A stretch of 64,000 nt of DNA from NCBI RefSeq assembly GCF_049337375.1, contig NZ_JBMPIV010000001.1; one strand, written 5' to 3'. How positions within the stretch are numbered: position 1 is the stretch's first letter; each line of letters starts with the position of its first letter. The notes beneath the pieces were generated by a model that was given only the letters and a program-made list of their open reading frames with translations, did no database searches and was not told the origin of the DNA. Of this stretch, positions 50,268 to 61,813 are shown one piece after another. This DNA comes from Nannocystis pusilla. Its GTDB lineage: Bacteria > Myxococcota_A > Polyangia > Nannocystales > Nannocystaceae. The position numbers and the translations under genes are program-made.

Positions 50268-51440
50268 ATGACCGGACTGCTCATGCGTCGCGTGATTCGT
50301 CATTCATCGTTGTTGGCAGCCCTGGCCGTCGCTACTCCGGCCTGTTTCCTCGAAGACCTGCTGGACGGCGATTCGAGCCCCGTGCAGCACGACACCATCT
50401 CGCTGTCCACCGGCATCGACGTGGCCTACCGCGAGCTCGGCGACCCTGACGGCGACGTGGTCATCTTCCTCCACGGCTACACCGATACCTCGCGCTCGTT
50501 CTTGCCGACGGCGCTGGCGCTGCACCAGCTCGACGACGATTATCACCTGTACGTCCTCGACCAGCGCGGCCACGGCGGCTCGTCGATGCCGCCCGCGGCC
50601 GACTGCGCCGCCGCCCCGGCGCAGTGCTTCGAGCCGGCCGACCTGGCCGACGACGTGATCGCGTTCATGGACGCCAAGGGCATCACCCGCGCCTCGATCG
50701 TCGGCCACTCGATGGGCAGCTTCGTCGCCCTGGAGCTCGGCCTGTCGCACCCGCAGCGGGTCGACAAGCTGGTGCTGATCGGCACCGCCGCGAGCGTGGT
50801 CGGCAACGTGGTGCTGCAGGACTACATCCTCGCTGAGCCGGTCGAGGGCTCGTGGAAGGCCGGCTTCGAGGCCCAGGGCCTGCAATTCCCCGAGGACGTG
50901 TACGAGCTCGATCCGCTCGACGCGAACGCCGACGCGCAGGCGTGGATCGAGGGCGCGTGGGTGGTCGACCCGGCGGCCGACCCCGACTACCTGGCCTCGA
51001 TCGTGCCCGAGACCGCGGCGACGCGGATGGGCACGTGGATCGGCGTGGCCCGGGCGCTGCTGCAGACCGACAACACCGAGCGCCTGCAGGACCTGAGCGT
51101 GCCGACGCTGATCCTGTGGGCCACCCAGGACGGCTTCTTCTACGACGACCCCGACCAGCAGGCGCTGCGCGCCGCGCTCGACGTGGCCGTCGACGCCTGC
51201 AAGCTCGAGTACTGGTTCAAGCAGTACGGCAAGCGGCCGCTCGGCCCCGACGGGGTGCAGGTCGACGACCTCGGCCACAACACGCAGTGGGCCGCCCCGG
51301 AGGAGGTCGCCCGCGACCTCAAGGCGTACCTCGGCACCGGGAAGCCGACGACCGACTGGTATTATTCGGCCGACGGCGATCCGCAGCACATCGTCACCAA
51401 GAAGAAGGCGGCGCCGCTGATCCACGGCAAGTGCGAGTGA
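50268..51440 (+). CDS. Alpha/beta hydrolase fold protein (probable lipoprotein)
   Basis: MTGLLMRRVIRHSSLLAALAVATPAC. Nucleophile elbow GHSMGS. HGYTDTS and DLGHN in the expected order. Alternative start at 50283. Confidence 0.7.
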   Translation: MTGLLMRRVIRHSSLLAALAVATPACFLEDLLDGDSSPVQHDTISLSTGIDVAYRELGDPDGDVVIFLHGYTDTSRSFLPTALALHQLDDDYHLYVLDQRGHGGSSMPPAADCAAAPAQCFEPADLADDVIAFMDAKGITRASIVGHSMGSFVALELGLSHPQRVDKLVLIGTAASVVGNVVLQDYILAEPVEGSWKAGFEAQGLQFPEDVYELDPLDANADAQAWIEGAWVVDPAADPDYLASIVPETAATRMGTWIGVARALLQTDNTERLQDLSVPTLILWATQDGFFYDDPDQQALRAALDVAVDACKLEYWFKQYGKRPLGPDGVQVDDLGHNTQWAAPEEVARDLKAYLGTGKPTTDWYYSADGDPQHIVTKKKAAPLIHGKCE

Positions 51441-51581
51441 CGGGCCGCTCGCGGCCAGCGAGGTCGGCGGTCCCGCGAATGCGACTCGCTGCTGCGATTG
51501 GTCGACGCGGTTCGCCCGGGGGCGCCGAACCTCCGACGACCGCGCTTGACAGGCGGTCGCCGCAGATCTTTACGTGAGGCG

Positions 51582-52856
51582 ATGCTCACCGCTTCCCGGG
51601 TCCCGCTGGCCGTCCTCCTCGTGCTCGTCGCCTGCGGCGGCGAGAGCAGCTCCACGGAGACGGGGACGGCCGCGACGTCGACGGAGCCCGCGACGACGAC
51701 CGGCACGACGAGCGACGCGACGACCTCCACCACCGAGGCCGCGCCGACGACCACGGGCACCAGCGGCGACGAGAGCACCACCGGCGCGCCGCTCGAAGGC
51801 TACGCCGATCCGGCGCTGTGGCTGTGTCACCCGGACAAGCCGGTCGACTCGGACGCCTGCCTCTCGGCCGACCTGACCGCGACCGAGCTCCTGCCCGACG
51901 GCGGGACCGCGATCGTCGAGCACACGATCGCCGCCGCGCCGGCGTTCGACTGCTTCTACGTCTACCCGACCGTCGACATCCGCCTGCAACCGGGCCAGAC
52001 CGAGAGCTTCGACGACCTCGATCAGGAGCTCGACCCGCTGCTCAACCAGGCGGCTCGCTTCACCTCGATGTGCCGGATGTTCGCGCCGCTGTACCACCAG
52101 GTGACGATCGGCACCTACGGCAGCGGCGAGGCCGAGACGCTGCTGACCGCGGCCTACCAGGACGTGCTCGCCGCGTTCGAGAGCTACCTCGAGCACCACG
52201 CCGACGGCCGGCCGCTCTTGATCCTCGGCCACTCGCAGGGCACGTACATGACGACGCGGCTGCTCCAGGAGGTCGTCGAGCCCGATCCGGCCCTGCGCGA
52301 GCGGCTGCTGGCGGCGTTCCTGCTCGGCGGCTCGTTCAGCGTGCCGTTCGGCGCGGCGGCCGGCGGCACGCTCTCGACCATCCCGCTGTGCGACAGCGCC
52401 GAGCAGCTCGGCTGCGTCGTCGCCTACCGCACCTACGCGGCCGAGCTGCCGCCCGAAGGCGGCTCGAACGCGCCCGACATCCCCGGCAACGACGTCGCGT
52501 GCGCCAACCCGGCCGCGCCCGGAGGCGGCTCGGCGCGCGCCCGCGGGGCGTTCTTCCCCAACTTCACCCACCAGGAGGCGGTGTTCCCGAAGATCGACTT
52601 CGGCGCGGTCATCGACACGCCCTTCGTGGTGATGCGCGATTTCTACGACCTGTCGTGCCAGACCGACGGCGACGGCCAGCACTTCCTCGCGGTCGCGCCC
52701 GCGCCCGACGACGGCGACGTGCGCACCGACCCGATCGACGTCACGGCGCCGCTGTTCGCCCCGGCCTTCCTCGGCCTGCACGTGCTCGACTACAACTTCG
52801 CGCTGCAGGACCTGCTCGACGCCGCCGCGGCCAAGGCGGCCGCCGCGGGGCTGTGA
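51582..52856 (+). CDS. Lipoprotein with Thr-rich linker and DUF3089-like (lipase-like alpha/beta) domain
   Basis: Internal start MLTASRVPLAVLLVLVAC. Linker TETGTAATSTEPATTTGTTSDATTSTTEAAPTTTGTSGDESTTG. LILGHSQGT motif. Confidence 0.7.
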   Translation: MLTASRVPLAVLLVLVACGGESSSTETGTAATSTEPATTTGTTSDATTSTTEAAPTTTGTSGDESTTGAPLEGYADPALWLCHPDKPVDSDACLSADLTATELLPDGGTAIVEHTIAAAPAFDCFYVYPTVDIRLQPGQTESFDDLDQELDPLLNQAARFTSMCRMFAPLYHQVTIGTYGSGEAETLLTAAYQDVLAAFESYLEHHADGRPLLILGHSQGTYMTTRLLQEVVEPDPALRERLLAAFLLGGSFSVPFGAAAGGTLSTIPLCDSAEQLGCVVAYRTYAAELPPEGGSNAPDIPGNDVACANPAAPGGGSARARGAFFPNFTHQEAVFPKIDFGAVIDTPFVVMRDFYDLSCQTDGDGQHFLAVAPAPDDGDVRTDPIDVTAPLFAPAFLGLHVLDYNFALQDLLDAAAAKAAAAGL

Positions 52857-52875
52857 ACCCGAGGACATGTCCCGA

Positions 52876-52959
52876 GGGGAAGGTCCGAAGGGGCATGTCC
52901 TCGGCGGCATGTAGCGAGGAACATGCCCTGAAGGCCATGAGGATCAGTCGAGCGGCCGC
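52876..52959. repeat. Array of six 14-bp units (CATGTCCcgagggg / aAGGTCCgaagggg / CATGTCCtcggcgg / CATGTAGcgaggaa / CATGCCCtgaaggc / CATGAGGatcagtc)
   Basis: Direct reading. Lies between convergent genes and overlaps the 3' end of the GNAT ORF by about 15 nt. Confidence 0.6.
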
Positions 52960-53387
52960 GTCATGAGCACCCGGGGCGGGGCGGTGAAGCCGGAGCGGCG
53001 GTAGAGCTCGAGGGCGGGCGTGTTGTCGGTGCGGACCATCAGGTGGACCGCGCGGGCCCCGTGGGCGCGGGCGGAGGCGAGGGCGGCGTCGAGGAACAGG
53101 CGCCCGCGGCCGGCGCCGCGGACCTCGGCCCGCAGATACAGCTCGGTGAGGAAAGCGTCGCGGCCGCCCCACTCGAGGTCGAAGCCCCAGGTGAGCACGA
53201 AGTAGCCGAGCGGCGCGTCGCCCTCGAGGCCGAGGACCACGGTGCCGAGCCCGGGCGAGCCGATCAGCGTCCGCAGCGGCGCCTCGCCGGGGCCGCGGCG
53301 CCACGGGATGTGCTCCAGGCGGTTGAAGTCCTCCATCATGTCGAGGATCGCGGGGACATCGGAGCTCGTGGCCGGGCGAAAGTGCAT
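52944..53387 (-). CDS. GNAT family N-acetyltransferase
   Basis: ...FLTELYLRAEVRGAGRGRLFLDAALASARAHGARAVHLMVRTDNTPALELYRRSGF is the acetyl-CoA-binding motif A region. Confidence 0.75.
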   Translation of the reverse strand: MHFRPATSSDVPAILDMMEDFNRLEHIPWRRGPGEAPLRTLIGSPGLGTVVLGLEGDAPLGYFVLTWGFDLEWGGRDAFLTELYLRAEVRGAGRGRLFLDAALASARAHGARAVHLMVRTDNTPALELYRRSGFTAPPRVLMTRPLD

Positions 53388-53479
53388 CGTGCCGGCACTA
53401 TAGGGCCCACCGCGGAGCTTGCGCGCGGGCGGCCGGTTTCACGCGTCCCGGGGCCCCCAGGGCCGGCGGGCGCCGATCC

Positions 53480-55349
<1,870 letters not shown>

Positions 55350-55363
<14 letters not shown>

Positions 55364-57740
55364 GCGCCGGACCGCGCGGGCGCTGCGGACCCTGCTGCCG
55401 GTCTTGCTGTCGGCTTCGGCCTGCGCCCCGCGCGGGCCGACGACCGCGGAGCCGGGTGCCCCGAAGGACATGTCCTCGGAGACATCCGGTGCGGCGGCGG
55501 TGGCGGCCTGCGACAAGCAGGCGAGCGCGGTCCAGGACGGGCTGGTGCGCCTGGCGGATCGCTACCTGTGGGAGGAGATCGAGCTGCTCGTCCAGGCCCA
55601 CGCGGCGACCCGCGGCCGGCCCGACGCGGCTCGCTGCGCCGAGGCGACCCGCGCGGCGCTGACGACCGTGACGCTGCGCTGGGCCGAGCAGGGGGCCGAG
55701 TCGGGCGGGTCGCAGAGCCACGCGCTGGCCCGCCAGGCCTACGCGGCGCTGCGCCAGCACTTCCCCGCCGAGGCCGAGGCGCCGCTGCTGCACCACGCGA
55801 TGGGCAAGCTCGAGTGGGCCCGCGCCGAGCGGCTGACGCTCGAGATCGGCGAGCGCACCCTGACCGACGAGGCGCTGCGCGAGGCCCACGCCCACCACCG
55901 CGCCGCCCTGGCCGGCGGGCTGCCGACCGAGCAGGCCGCCCGCTCGGCCCGCGCCCAGCTCGACGCGGTCCGCCGCGTGCGCGAGGGAGAGCCTGCTCGA
56001 TGGGTCATGTCTGAACAGACATGTCTGCCGGATCCGCGGGGCCGCTGCATCGACCCGGTCCCGCGCGTCGCCCCCGGCGAGCTGACCGCCGGCGACCGCG
56101 AGTGGCTGGCCGCCTACGACGCCTTCCTCGCCGAGCCCGGGCTGCAGGGCACGCCCGAGGCCGGGCAGGTCGCGGTCGAGCGGGCCGAATTGCTGATGCG
56201 GTACCGCCGCTGGGACGAGGCCGAGACGAGCCTGCGCGCCGTCACGGGGCCGGCGCGCGAGCAGGCGCGGGCGCTGCTGGTCGGCCTGCTGCTGGCGCGC
56301 TGGATGGAGGCCGCCAGCGCCGGCGATCGCTCGGCCGCCCGCGTCGCCCTGGTCACCGCGGCCGTCGAGGTCGAGGCCGCCGGCGGGCCGCAGGTGGCCC
56401 AGGTGGCGGCGCTGCGGCGCGCGGCGCTGTGGGCCCAGGCCGAGGAGTCGGAGGCGGTCGGCGACGACGCTCGCTGCGGCGCGGCCTTCGAGGCGCTCTA
56501 CGCCGACCTCGGCGCCGACATCCACGCGGCGGCCGAGGCGGCCGACGGCGCCGGTCGCTGCTACGAGCGCGCCGGCCTGACGCAGAAGGCGATCGACTGG
56601 CTCGAGCGCATGGCCGACGTCCACCGCGAGGACCCGCGGGCCCCCGACGCGGTGCTGCGGCTGGCCCGCTTGCACGAGCGGATCTTGAACGACGAGCAGG
56701 CCCGCGACCGCTACCTCGATCTGGTGGCCCGCGCCCCGCGACACCGCGCCGCCGCGACCGCCCGCCGCCGCTCGCTGATCTTGAGCCTGCGCGCCGGGAC
56801 ATTGCCCGAAGGACAGCTGGACGCGCTGATCCGCGGCCGCCCGGAGGAGCGCACGCTGGCGGCGGCGATCCAGTTCCGCGCGGTGTTCCGCCCCGGCGTC
56901 ACGCCCGAGGCGGCCGAGAAGTACATCGAGCGGTTCGGCAAGGAGGGCGGGCCGCGGCGGCTGGCGATCGCCCACGCGCGCGCGGCCGAGGCGTGGCTGC
57001 GGGCGTCCTGCCCGGTCCCCGGGGCCGAGGGCCTGTGCGTCGAATTCGGCCGCGACCGCACGCCGGCGCGGGTGGTCGCCCGCCTGCCCAAGCCGCACGC
57101 CAAGGGCCGCGAGCACCTCGACCGCGCGCAGAAGTTGTTGCCCGAGGTCAGCGGCGGCGAGGTCGACAAGCTCGAGGCGCCGATCGCCGTCGACGCCGAC
57201 GAGGCGCGCGCCGCCAGCCGCCAGGTCGCGCTATTGCAGGGCGACCTCGACGCCGAGTCGGCGCTCACCAGCCAGCCGCCGAAGAGCCTCGACCCGGCCC
57301 GCTCGCGCGCGTGGCTCGAGGTCCGCAAGGCCGAGGTCGAGCGCATGAGCGCGGTCTACGAGACCGCCACCGCGGTCGGGACCGGCGGCCGCGATCAGTC
57401 GGCGGCGCTGGTCGAGACCCGCAAGGCGCAGGTGTACGAGTCCGACCTGGCCCTGCTCGACGAGGTGGCCGCCGCAGTCGAGGCCGCCGGCGACGCCGGC
57501 CTGGCTCAGCAGATGCGCGAGCTGGCGGCTCAGCGCCGCGAGGCGGTGTTCACCGCCTACGCCCGCTGCCTCGACCACGTGGCCGCGTGGGGCCACGACG
57601 CCGGGGGCCAGAGCGCCCTGTGCCGCGCCGGCCTGGGCCGCCTGGTCGGTCGCTACGAGGAGCCGCTGGAGTACGCGCCCGATCACGACGGGCGGGTGAT
57701 CGTCGGCGCGGCGGCCCGAGCGTCGGGCCCTCCGCGGTGA
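55350..57740 (+). CDS. Large alpha-helical (TPR-like) lipoprotein downstream of the kinase
   Basis: MARRERRTARALRTLLPVLLSASAC (lipobox). Overlaps the kinase stop by 14 nt. Helical, Ala/Arg/Glu-rich repeats. Contains two in-frame CATGTCC-type repeat copies (55469..55496, 56005..56032). Confidence 0.6.
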
Positions 57741-57828
57741 AGCGCTCCCGAATTGGGCGCGCGCTCGCCGTGAAGCGGGGGACCGAGCCTTTGAAAGGAA
57801 GTGGTCGCCGCCGGCGCGTGGGCGAGGT

Positions 57829-57988
57829 TACGAGCTCGTTGCGCGAGGCGAGGGGACCGAGCCGCCGCGGGCGGGCGGCCATGACGCCGGGCCCGCCGCG
57901 GTGAAGCCTACGAGCTCGTTGCGCGAGGCGAGGGGACCGAGCCGCCGCGGGCGGGCGGCCATGACGCCGGGCTCGCCGCGGTGAAGTC
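57829..57988. repeat. Two tandem copies of an 80-bp unit (tacgagctcgttgcgcgaggcgaggggaccgagccgccgcgggcgggcggccatgacgccgggc[c/t]cgccgcggtgaag..)
   Basis: Direct reading. Copies differ at one or two positions. Lies immediately 3' of the TPR-like gene. Confidence 0.7.
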
Positions 57989-58008
57989 CCGGGAGCAGAG
58001 CGCGAGGT

Positions 58009-58092
58009 CACGAGGCATGCTCCAAAGAACATGTCTCATCGAGCATATCGTATCCGAAATGGCGATTGATACATGTCCCGCGGGACATGCCC
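58009..58092. repeat. Array of six 14-bp units (CATGCTCcaaagaa / CATGTCTcatcgag / CATATCGtatccga / aATGGCGattgata / CATGTCCcgcggga / CATGCCCgaagtgc)
   Basis: Direct reading. Lies between convergent genes. Confidence 0.55.
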
Positions 58093-58104
58093 GAAGTGCC
58101 AGCC

Positions 58105-59217
58105 TCAGTCGCCGAGCTCGCGCAGCAGGATCCGCGCGCGCAGGCGGCGGCGCTCGTCGGCGCCGAGGCTGTCGACGTAGGCACGCAGGAGCGCGCGGGC
58201 CTCGGCGCGGGCGGCCGGGTCGGCGGCGTCGGCCAGCAGGATGCCGAGGTTGAAGGTCAGCTCCGGCGGCAGCTTGGCGGGCGTCGCGGTGTCGAGCCCG
58301 AGCTCGGCGAGCGCGCTGCGATAGGCGGCCTCGGCCGGCTCGCGCTCGCGGCGGCGGGCGTGGCTGACCCCGAGGCCAAGGAACGCGGCGTAGCGCAGGC
58401 GCGGCGAGGGGGCGGCCGAGGCCAGTCGGTACAGCCGCACCGCCTCGTCGAGGTTGCCCGCCGCGAGCTCGGCGGCGGCCCAGGCGAGCGCCGCGGCGTG
58501 GTCGTCGGGTACCAGCTCGAGCGCGCGGGCGAAGCGACGCCGACCGTCGACCGGATCGGCCGAGCGGAAGGCGATCCGCCCGCACGCGGCCGCCAGCACC
58601 GCCGCGCCCTCGCGGTCGCGCAGGCGGGCGAGCAGCGGGTCGGCGCGGTCGCGGCAGATCGGCGCGGCCCGCTCGCGCGGATCGGCGTCGTGCAGCGCGG
58701 TGAAGCGCAGCGCCAGGCTCAGCGCGTAGGGGTCGTCGGCGGTGACCGCCAGCGCGGCCGCGACGTCGCGCGCCAGCGCGGCCGCGTCGATCGGCCCGTC
58801 GCGCTTGCCCGGGTCCTCGGGCCGCCGCGCCCTGGCGTCGAGGTACGCCGAGACGTCGCGGGTGAGGCGGTAGACGGCGCGCGCCCCGGCCGTCAGCGGC
58901 AGCTCGCCCACCGCCGCGTCGATGTCGCCGACCCGCCCCGACTCGTGGGCCAGCACCGCCAGGGCGTAGGCCCGCGCGGTCGAGCCCGGATCGCGGCGCA
59001 GCAGGGCGAAACGGATCGCCAGCGCGCCCGCGTCGTCGCCGCAGCGGAGCAGGACGTCGGCCCGGGCGAGCGCGCGGGAGCTGTCCCCGGGGACAGGCGC
59101 CGGGGCGCACGGATCGACCGCGGCCGGGGCCGGCGGCGGGGCCGGCGGCGCCTTGTCCGGCGCCGTCTGACGCGCGCAGGCGAGCAGGAGCGCGCAGAGG
59201 AGCAGGGCGCGGGGCAC
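58105..59217 (-). CDS. TPR-repeat lipoprotein
   Basis: MPRALLLCALLLAC (lipobox). Ala/Leu/Arg-rich helical repeats (AYALAVLAHESGRVGDIDAA..., AVRLYRLASAAPSPRLRYAAFLGLGVSHARR...). Confidence 0.6.
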   Translation of the reverse strand: MPRALLLCALLLACARQTAPDKAPPAPPPAPAAVDPCAPAPVPGDSSRALARADVLLRCGDDAGALAIRFALLRRDPGSTARAYALAVLAHESGRVGDIDAAVGELPLTAGARAVYRLTRDVSAYLDARARRPEDPGKRDGPIDAAALARDVAAALAVTADDPYALSLALRFTALHDADPRERAAPICRDRADPLLARLRDREGAAVLAAACGRIAFRSADPVDGRRRFARALELVPDDHAAALAWAAAELAAGNLDEAVRLYRLASAAPSPRLRYAAFLGLGVSHARRREREPAEAAYRSALAELGLDTATPAKLPPELTFNLGILLADAADPAARAEARALLRAYVDSLGADERRRLRARILLRELGD

Positions 59218-59378
59218 GGGGCGGCGAGGATATCAGTGTGGCGCGAAGTTCTCCACGAAGCGGAGTCGTCGGGGCAGGTCGCGGACCCGCAGGTCGTCGG
59301 CGCCGCAGAACCATGCTTCGCCGCTCACGAGGCCGCAGCTTGACGACGAGGGGGTCCAGCGGAGCACCGCCCAGCCTG

Positions 59379-59690
59379 CTACGAGCGATCGCGGTCCAGA
59401 CGGTCCAGGTCCACGTCCGAGCGTCGTGCCGAGAGGGCATGGCGCTCCCGCCACTCTTGCGTGCACCGCCAGCACCCGAGGCGGTCGAGCTCGTGGTGCC
59501 GCCGCATCACGGTCTCGTCGCGCGCGCCGGTCGCCAGCGCCCGCTCGAACAGGGCCTCGCGCTCGCGGCAGATCCACACCAGGAAGAGAAGCTCCGCCTC
59601 GATCAGCTCGATCGGGCGGTCCTCCTCACGCGCGGCGACGACGTGTGCGCAGGCGCCGAGCGTCCCGCCTTGCCCGTTGCCGATCGGCAA
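59379..59690 (-). CDS. Hypothetical protein (about 100 aa; contains HHELDRLGCWRC motif)
   Basis: GC3 is about 90% in this frame and composition is protein-like. ORF-track start is TTG. No recognised domain. Confidence 0.35.
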   Translation of the reverse strand: MPIGNGQGGTLGACAHVVAAREEDRPIELIEAELLFLVWICREREALFERALATGARDETVMRRHHELDRLGCWRCTQEWRERHALSARRSDVDLDRLDRDRS

Positions 59691-59812
59691 CGAATCGAGC
59701 CCATGGCTGCGACCTTGCCCCGTCCAGCTCGCCCGGTCCAGCCCCCTCGTGGCGCGAGTGGGAGCCGCAGGCCGACCGCGCCGCGAGCCCTCGCCACGTC
59801 TGTCGGAACGAC

Positions 59813-59840
59813 AATGTCCTTTTGGACATGTGATGATATT
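59813..59840. repeat. Two 14-bp units (aATGTCCttttgga / CATGTGAtgatatt)
   Basis: Direct reading. Confidence 0.4.
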
Positions 59841-59967
59841 GCCTTCGATTCGCCGCTCCCCGCGCCGGCGGCCGCCCCGCCGTGAGCAGAGGCCGATCTG
59901 CGGCGAATGTCGACACCCTGAATAGGCGGACCCGACGCGCGTCCGTGCGCACCGAGGTTTTTAAAAA

Positions 59968-60465
59968 ATGCACAAGATCATCCTGACCCTGCTGGCGCTC
60001 CTCTTCAGCGTGACCGGTTGCAGCTTCACGCTCTCGTCGCACGGCGGTTGGGGGTCGGACGGCCCCGCGCCGCTGATGGCCGGCCGCGGCTACGGCTGGG
60101 CCTCCGCGAGCGACCCGGGCCTGCACGGCCGCGGCAAGCCGGCCCGCCGCGTCGACGCCGGCGAGCGCCCCGCGACCAAGCCGGCCGGCGCGGCGCCCAC
60201 CAAGGCGAAGCAGCCGGCGATCACGTGGGCGGGGGAGGTGCCGCAGAAGTCGACGAAGCCGGCGATCGCGTGGGCGGGGGAGGTGCCGCAGAAGGCGAAG
60301 AAGCCGGCGATCACGTGGGCGGGGGAGGTGCCGCAGAAGGCGAAGCAGCCGGCGATCACGTGGGCCGGGAAGGTGCCGCCGAAGCGGGCCAAGCGGCCGA
60401 GAAAGCCCGCCGACGAGCAGCCGGCGATCACGTGGGCCGGCACCGTCCCGCCGCGTCCGCAATGA
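59968..60465 (+). CDS. Lipoprotein with five tandem 15-aa repeats (KPAITWAGEVPQKAK)
   Basis: MHKIILTLLALLFSVTGC (lipobox), preceded by an AT-rich tract (tttttaaaaaatg). The five repeats are encoded by 45-bp DNA repeats at about 60205..60438. Confidence 0.65.
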   Translation: MHKIILTLLALLFSVTGCSFTLSSHGGWGSDGPAPLMAGRGYGWASASDPGLHGRGKPARRVDAGERPATKPAGAAPTKAKQPAITWAGEVPQKSTKPAIAWAGEVPQKAKKPAITWAGEVPQKAKQPAITWAGKVPPKRAKRPRKPADEQPAITWAGTVPPRPQ

Positions 60466-60512
60466 GGTCGAGCAGGCGCGGCGCTCGAGACGCACGCCGA
60501 ACCTGCTCACAC

Positions 60513-60543
60513 GGCCATGTCCATGAGGACATGGCCGTTTTTT
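60513..60543 (+). terminator. Rho-independent terminator (GGCCATGTCC-atga-GGACATGGCC then GTTTTTT), built from two CATGTCC-type units
   Basis: Perfect 10-bp stem, 4-nt loop and T-run, 48 bp after the repeat-lipoprotein stop. Confidence 0.6.
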
Positions 60544-60637
60544 CGTGCACCGACTCCCGGGCGCCGCGGATGCCCCGTGCGTCGCAAAAACTGTCTCCGC
60601 GAGGCGGCGGCCCGCGCTCACCACATGGCGCAACGGA

Positions 60638-60660
60638 CATGTCCTTGAGGACCGCCGGAG
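60638..60660. repeat. GGACATGTCC palindrome / one to two 14-bp units (CATGTCCttgagga...)
   Basis: Direct reading. Confidence 0.35.
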
Positions 60661-60910
60661 GGCGCGCTCGTCCGCTTGAATGGGTCGGCCAGGTCGCCCA
60701 TCCTGCGGCCGCAAAGACCCCTCGCGCGTCACGATCGGCTCATGTTGGCCTCTGCGCCGTCAGGGCGTGAAGGCCTCGCAGGTCGCGTCGACGGCGGTCG
60801 TCAGCGCCTCGGCGAAGGCGTCGTCGAGCGGGTCGTCGGCCTTCTCGCACATCGAGCGGTAGATGCCGCGCGCGCCGAACATCCCGGCGACCTCGCGCAG
60901 CGCCGCGGCG

Positions 60911-61813
60911 TCACGGCCCGGTCGGTTGCGGATCCCAGGCCGCGAGGGCCCGGTAGAAGACCTCGGGATCGAGCAGCGGCGGCAGGCCGGCGACCTGGCC
61001 GTCGCCGAGCTCGATCGCGGTCCAACCTCCGGCCGCTCGCTCGGCGAGGTCGAGGCTGAAGAAGCGGCTCGGCACGCGGCGGGCGAGGTCGGCGAACCCG
61101 GGCGGCGCGACCTCGTCGGCGATCTCCCACGCCGGCGCCTCGACGAGCGGGCGCCCGTCGGCGATGAACCGCCGCCATTCGCGGGGCAGGGGCATCCCGC
61201 TCCTCGGGTGGTTCCCGAGCGGCACCAGCGGCTCGTAGGCCCGGAGGACCAGGCCGCCGACGAGGTCGTCGCCCTGTCGCTCGAGGAAGTTGCCCACCAC
61301 GCGACGGACCTCGGCGACGTCGTCGGCCGCGCGGATGAAGCACGCGTCGTTCCACTCGTGCTTGCGCGACTTGACGTAGTCCTTGACGACGAGCGCGCGC
61401 CCGCCGAAGCGCGCCAGTGCGGCCTCGATCCGTGACCAGTGCAGGCCGTCCTCGCGCGGCAGCACCACGGTCTCCGGCGTGTCGTCCCCGAGGTGCGGCA
61501 GCGCGGCGGGCAGCAGGTGCGCGCTGCGATAGGCCGCGGGGTCGTTGACGAGCTGCAGGCCGCGCGCGCCGAGGCCGGCGTGCAGCGCGTCGTAGGCCGC
61601 CAGCGGCAACATCCAGCCGCGGTAGACCGCGACCTCGACGGCCTCGCTCGCCCGGACCCGACGCAGCGCAGCGCCGACGTCTCCCGCGACCAGGGCCTCG
61701 AAGTCGACGCACGACCACGCGACGCCGACCGCGTCGGCGGCCGCGACCTCGGGCGCGAACGCGCGATCGGGGCGGCGCTCGAGCAGCGGGTCGGTGCAGA
61801 ACAGTACGCGCAT
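60911..61813 (-). CDS. ATP-grasp domain-containing protein (possibly frameshifted near the 3' end)
   Basis: ...RALVVKDYVKSRKHEWNDACFIRAADDVAEV...GGLVLRAYEPLVPL... is ATP-grasp-like. A second frame with very high GC3 continues from about 60905 to a stop at 60760 (see findings). Confidence 0.65.
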   Translation of the reverse strand: MRVLFCTDPLLERRPDRAFAPEVAAADAVGVAWSCVDFEALVAGDVGAALRRVRASEAVEVAVYRGWMLPLAAYDALHAGLGARGLQLVNDPAAYRSAHLLPAALPHLGDDTPETVVLPREDGLHWSRIEAALARFGGRALVVKDYVKSRKHEWNDACFIRAADDVAEVRRVVGNFLERQGDDLVGGLVLRAYEPLVPLGNHPRSGMPLPREWRRFIADGRPLVEAPAWEIADEVAPPGFADLARRVPSRFFSLDLAERAAGGWTAIELGDGQVAGLPPLLDPEVFYRALAAWDPQPTGP

